Shown: piece by piece, positions 62,059 through 64,000 of the stretch
How positions within the stretch are numbered: position 1 is the stretch's first letter
Layout of the letters: every line of letters begins with the position of its first letter
Assembly (NCBI GenBank): GCA_010093815.1
Contig: ML996580.1
Reading direction: 5' to 3' (one strand)
Source of the DNA: Pseudovirgaria hyperparasitica
Lineage: Eukaryota
Length of the DNA stretch: 64,000 nt
Notes under the pieces: model-generated
Database searches by the model: none
What the model saw: the letters and a program-made list of their open reading frames with translations, nothing else
What the model was told of the DNA's origin: nothing
Translations under genes and position numbers: made by a program

Positions 62059-64000
62059 TCATCCCTCTGCTTCTGCCTCCGCCATCACCTGCTCGCCCTC
62101 ATCAAGCAGGTCACACACCATCCTCAGATTTCCAATCATCTCCTTTGCCTGTCCGACCAGAAGCAGCTTCTCTGCATTCGCAGGCAGACCCAGATACGTC
62201 GGCGGTTCGCGCTCTGGCAGCTCATTGACCCACTCCGTAAAGTCTTTCCAGCCGGTTGAACTAGGCAATTCCAAGCCCTCGCTGTCTCCTTCAGTGGGCT
62301 TCACAAGCTTGAAGTTGTCCTCGAATGCAGCCGGGGTCATCACGCTCTCGACGATGGAGGTGAGTTGTTTGAAGTCAGACTCGTTGTCGATCTTGCCGCC
62401 GTACATCTCAGTCATGAGCATGCGCAGCATGTCCCAGGGAATGTTCTTTGGTGCCACATTCGTTCGACCTTGAGTGACACGGTCGATCCAGGTGTCAATG
62501 ATGAAAGCACAACACTCGTAATCGCTGTCGTTAAACTCCCAGAAGCCCTTCCATCCGAGCTGAGGCGCATATCGCAAGCGCTCTTGGACAACGGCGTGGA
62601 GGAAAGAGAGCAGCAGGTAAACTCTAGCTCGTTCGACTGGTTGCTGGACAGCTCTGGTGGATAATGAGGACAAAGAGTCCTTCATGTTGGCGCGGATACC
62701 AGCTGGCTGTTCGTACATGAGAATGCGAGACGCTCGGAGAAGGTTGACTGGTATCTTAGGACTAGTTTCCATGGACAGGAATAGTCTGAAGTCTGCATGC
62801 GGCTTGAGAGAATCGATGCGCTTGGTGAGATTCTGCAGCCACATTGGTGCCAAGTGTACGTTCTTGACGAGAACCCAAGAACCTTGTGCTGCAGCATTGG
62901 AGATAGCTTTGTCTGCGCTGGCAGCGCCTTCATTCGAACCCATGGCGATATTCGTGCATGTAGCCTGAGTCTTCTCTACCAGGCTGTCGACCTTGTAACT
63001 GGCATCAAATCCGGGACTGGAGCTCAGGGCGATTGGTGTAGTTGATGTGACTTCTCTGACTATTGGGCCAAGATCGCCACTCGCATCCATCAAACCCTTA
63101 CCAAAGACATCCGTAACGAAGCGCTCCACAGCGGGGATGAATCTGTCTATGCGGAAGAGTTTGACCAGAATAAGTGACCGCAAAGACTTGTCGAAACGTT
63201 CAATCCCATCCGGCCAGGCAGCAGGTACACAGTTCTCAGCAAGCTCTTCGGTGTAAAATCTCTCCCAATCACCAGCAGACGGCTTCTCGCAGTCGTCCTT
63301 GAACAGTTTCATCTTCGACAATCGATCCATTACGTCCTGACGCTTGTCGGCTTGCGTAGAAAGGTCGCTACCACCTAGGTCCTCGTCCAAAACGTGGTCG
63401 ATGAGGCTCTTGTCCATCTTGTAGGGTGCAGCTTGTACAAGCAGCATGGCCAGAGCAATGCGATCTTTCTGAACGAGAGATAGCGAAGTTCGCTTATAAG
63501 TATCGACAAAAAGGTTGCGAATGATCTCGTCTATCCGTGCAGCATTGTTCGCGTTCCCAGCTGACTGCTTGACTCGCAACAAAACCGCATCGAATATATC
63601 AGTAAAGTACTGCAACGAGAACTGATAGAAGTGATTGAGGTGATGCAGCTGCTCCAGTACCGCAAATAGAGCAGCACAGGAACGTGCGATAACATTATAC
63701 TGCAGCGTAACTTTCTCGACTTCGCCCATGACGCCCTCAGTCTCAGCAACCTTGGCAGTGATATCGGCAGCTTCCTTCTTGAGGGTTTCTAGGGTCTGAA
63801 TAACATTGTCGTCGTCAAGAATGTTTCCTTGGGACTCATTCAAAGCCTGAAGCAGTCGTTTCTCGAGACGACGGAGATGCACACTGAACTCTCCTTGCAT
63901 CTTGATCAGGTTCGATCGTCGCTCATCAACATCAGGACGCTCCGATTTAAGAACCTCATTAAGCGTCTGCGTCTGAAGACTGCTTTGCGTGACCGTAAAA
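62059..64000 (-). CDS. DYN1: Cytoplasmic dynein heavy chain, C-terminal part (AAA5-AAA6); gene continues beyond the window
   Basis: Motifs [63 protein letters not shown] and LGLPANAEK. Confidence 0.97.
   Translation of the reverse strand, partial: FTVTQSSLQTQTLNEVLKSERPDVDERRSNLIKMQGEFSVHLRRLEKRLLQALNESQGNILDDDNVIQTLETLKKEAADITAKVAETEGVMGEVEKVTLQYNVIARSCAALFAVLEQLHHLNHFYQFSLQYFTDIFDAVLLRVKQSAGNANNAARIDEIIRNLFVDTYKRTSLSLVQKDRIALAMLLVQAAPYKMDKSLIDHVLDEDLGGSDLSTQADKRQDVMDRLSKMKLFKDDCEKPSAGDWERFYTEELAENCVPAAWPDGIERFDKSLRSLILVKLFRIDRFIPAVERFVTDVFGKGLMDASGDLGPIVREVTSTTPIALSSSPGFDASYKVDSLVEKTQATCTNIAMGSNEGAASADKAISNAAAQGSWVLVKNVHLAPMWLQNLTKRIDSLKPHADFRLFLSMETSPKIPVNLLRASRILMYEQPAGIRANMKDSLSSLSTRAVQQPVERARVYLLLSFLHAVVQERLRYAPQLGWKGFWEFNDSDYECCAFIIDTWIDRVTQGRTNVAPKNIPWDMLRMLMTEMYGGKIDNESDFKQLTSIVESVMTPAAFEDNFKLVKPTEGDSEGLELPSSTGWKDFTEWVNELPEREPPTYLGLPANAEKLLLVGQAKEMIGNLRMVCDLLDEGEQVMAEAEAEG

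Overview
Gene-dense, intron-containing filamentous-ascomycete DNA (Pezizomycotina; typical introns are 45-65 nt GT-AG with CTRAY branch sites). I could assemble about 24 protein-coding genes by splicing the ORF fragments by hand. Housekeeping genes: AP-3 beta adaptin, GMP synthase, BCP1, acyl-CoA-binding protein, SVF1, HAL4/SAT4-type kinase, GH72 glucanosyltransferase, 3-hydroxyisobutyrate dehydrogenase, Pol III subunit RPC37, DDB1 and the 3' end of cytoplasmic dynein heavy chain. Metabolic or accessory genes: a divergent lambda-crystallin-like dehydrogenase / family-III CoA-transferase pair, an SDR, a DUF4188 protein, a GNAT, a DHA2-type MFS transporter, a SAM methyltransferase and a secreted PAN/apple protein. 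The most notable features, none visible intact in the ORF track, are: (1) a three-exon, strongly divergent histone H4-like gene with a long N-terminal extension and most modifiable lysines replaced, head-to-head with (2) a Gfd2/QIP-family DEDDh exonuclease-like gene with a predicted N-terminal membrane anchor; (3) a box C/D snoRNA inside a 197-nt intron of the HIBADH gene; (4) a six-exon orphan gene with all phase-0 introns, signs of exon duplication and twin 5' hairpins; (5) a probable GC-AG intron in BCP1; (6) a tandem array of Crz1-type sites between SVF1 and the HAL4 kinase. No tRNA, rRNA, CRISPR array or intact transposon was recognised. All assignments come from motif recognition by eye, with no database searches.
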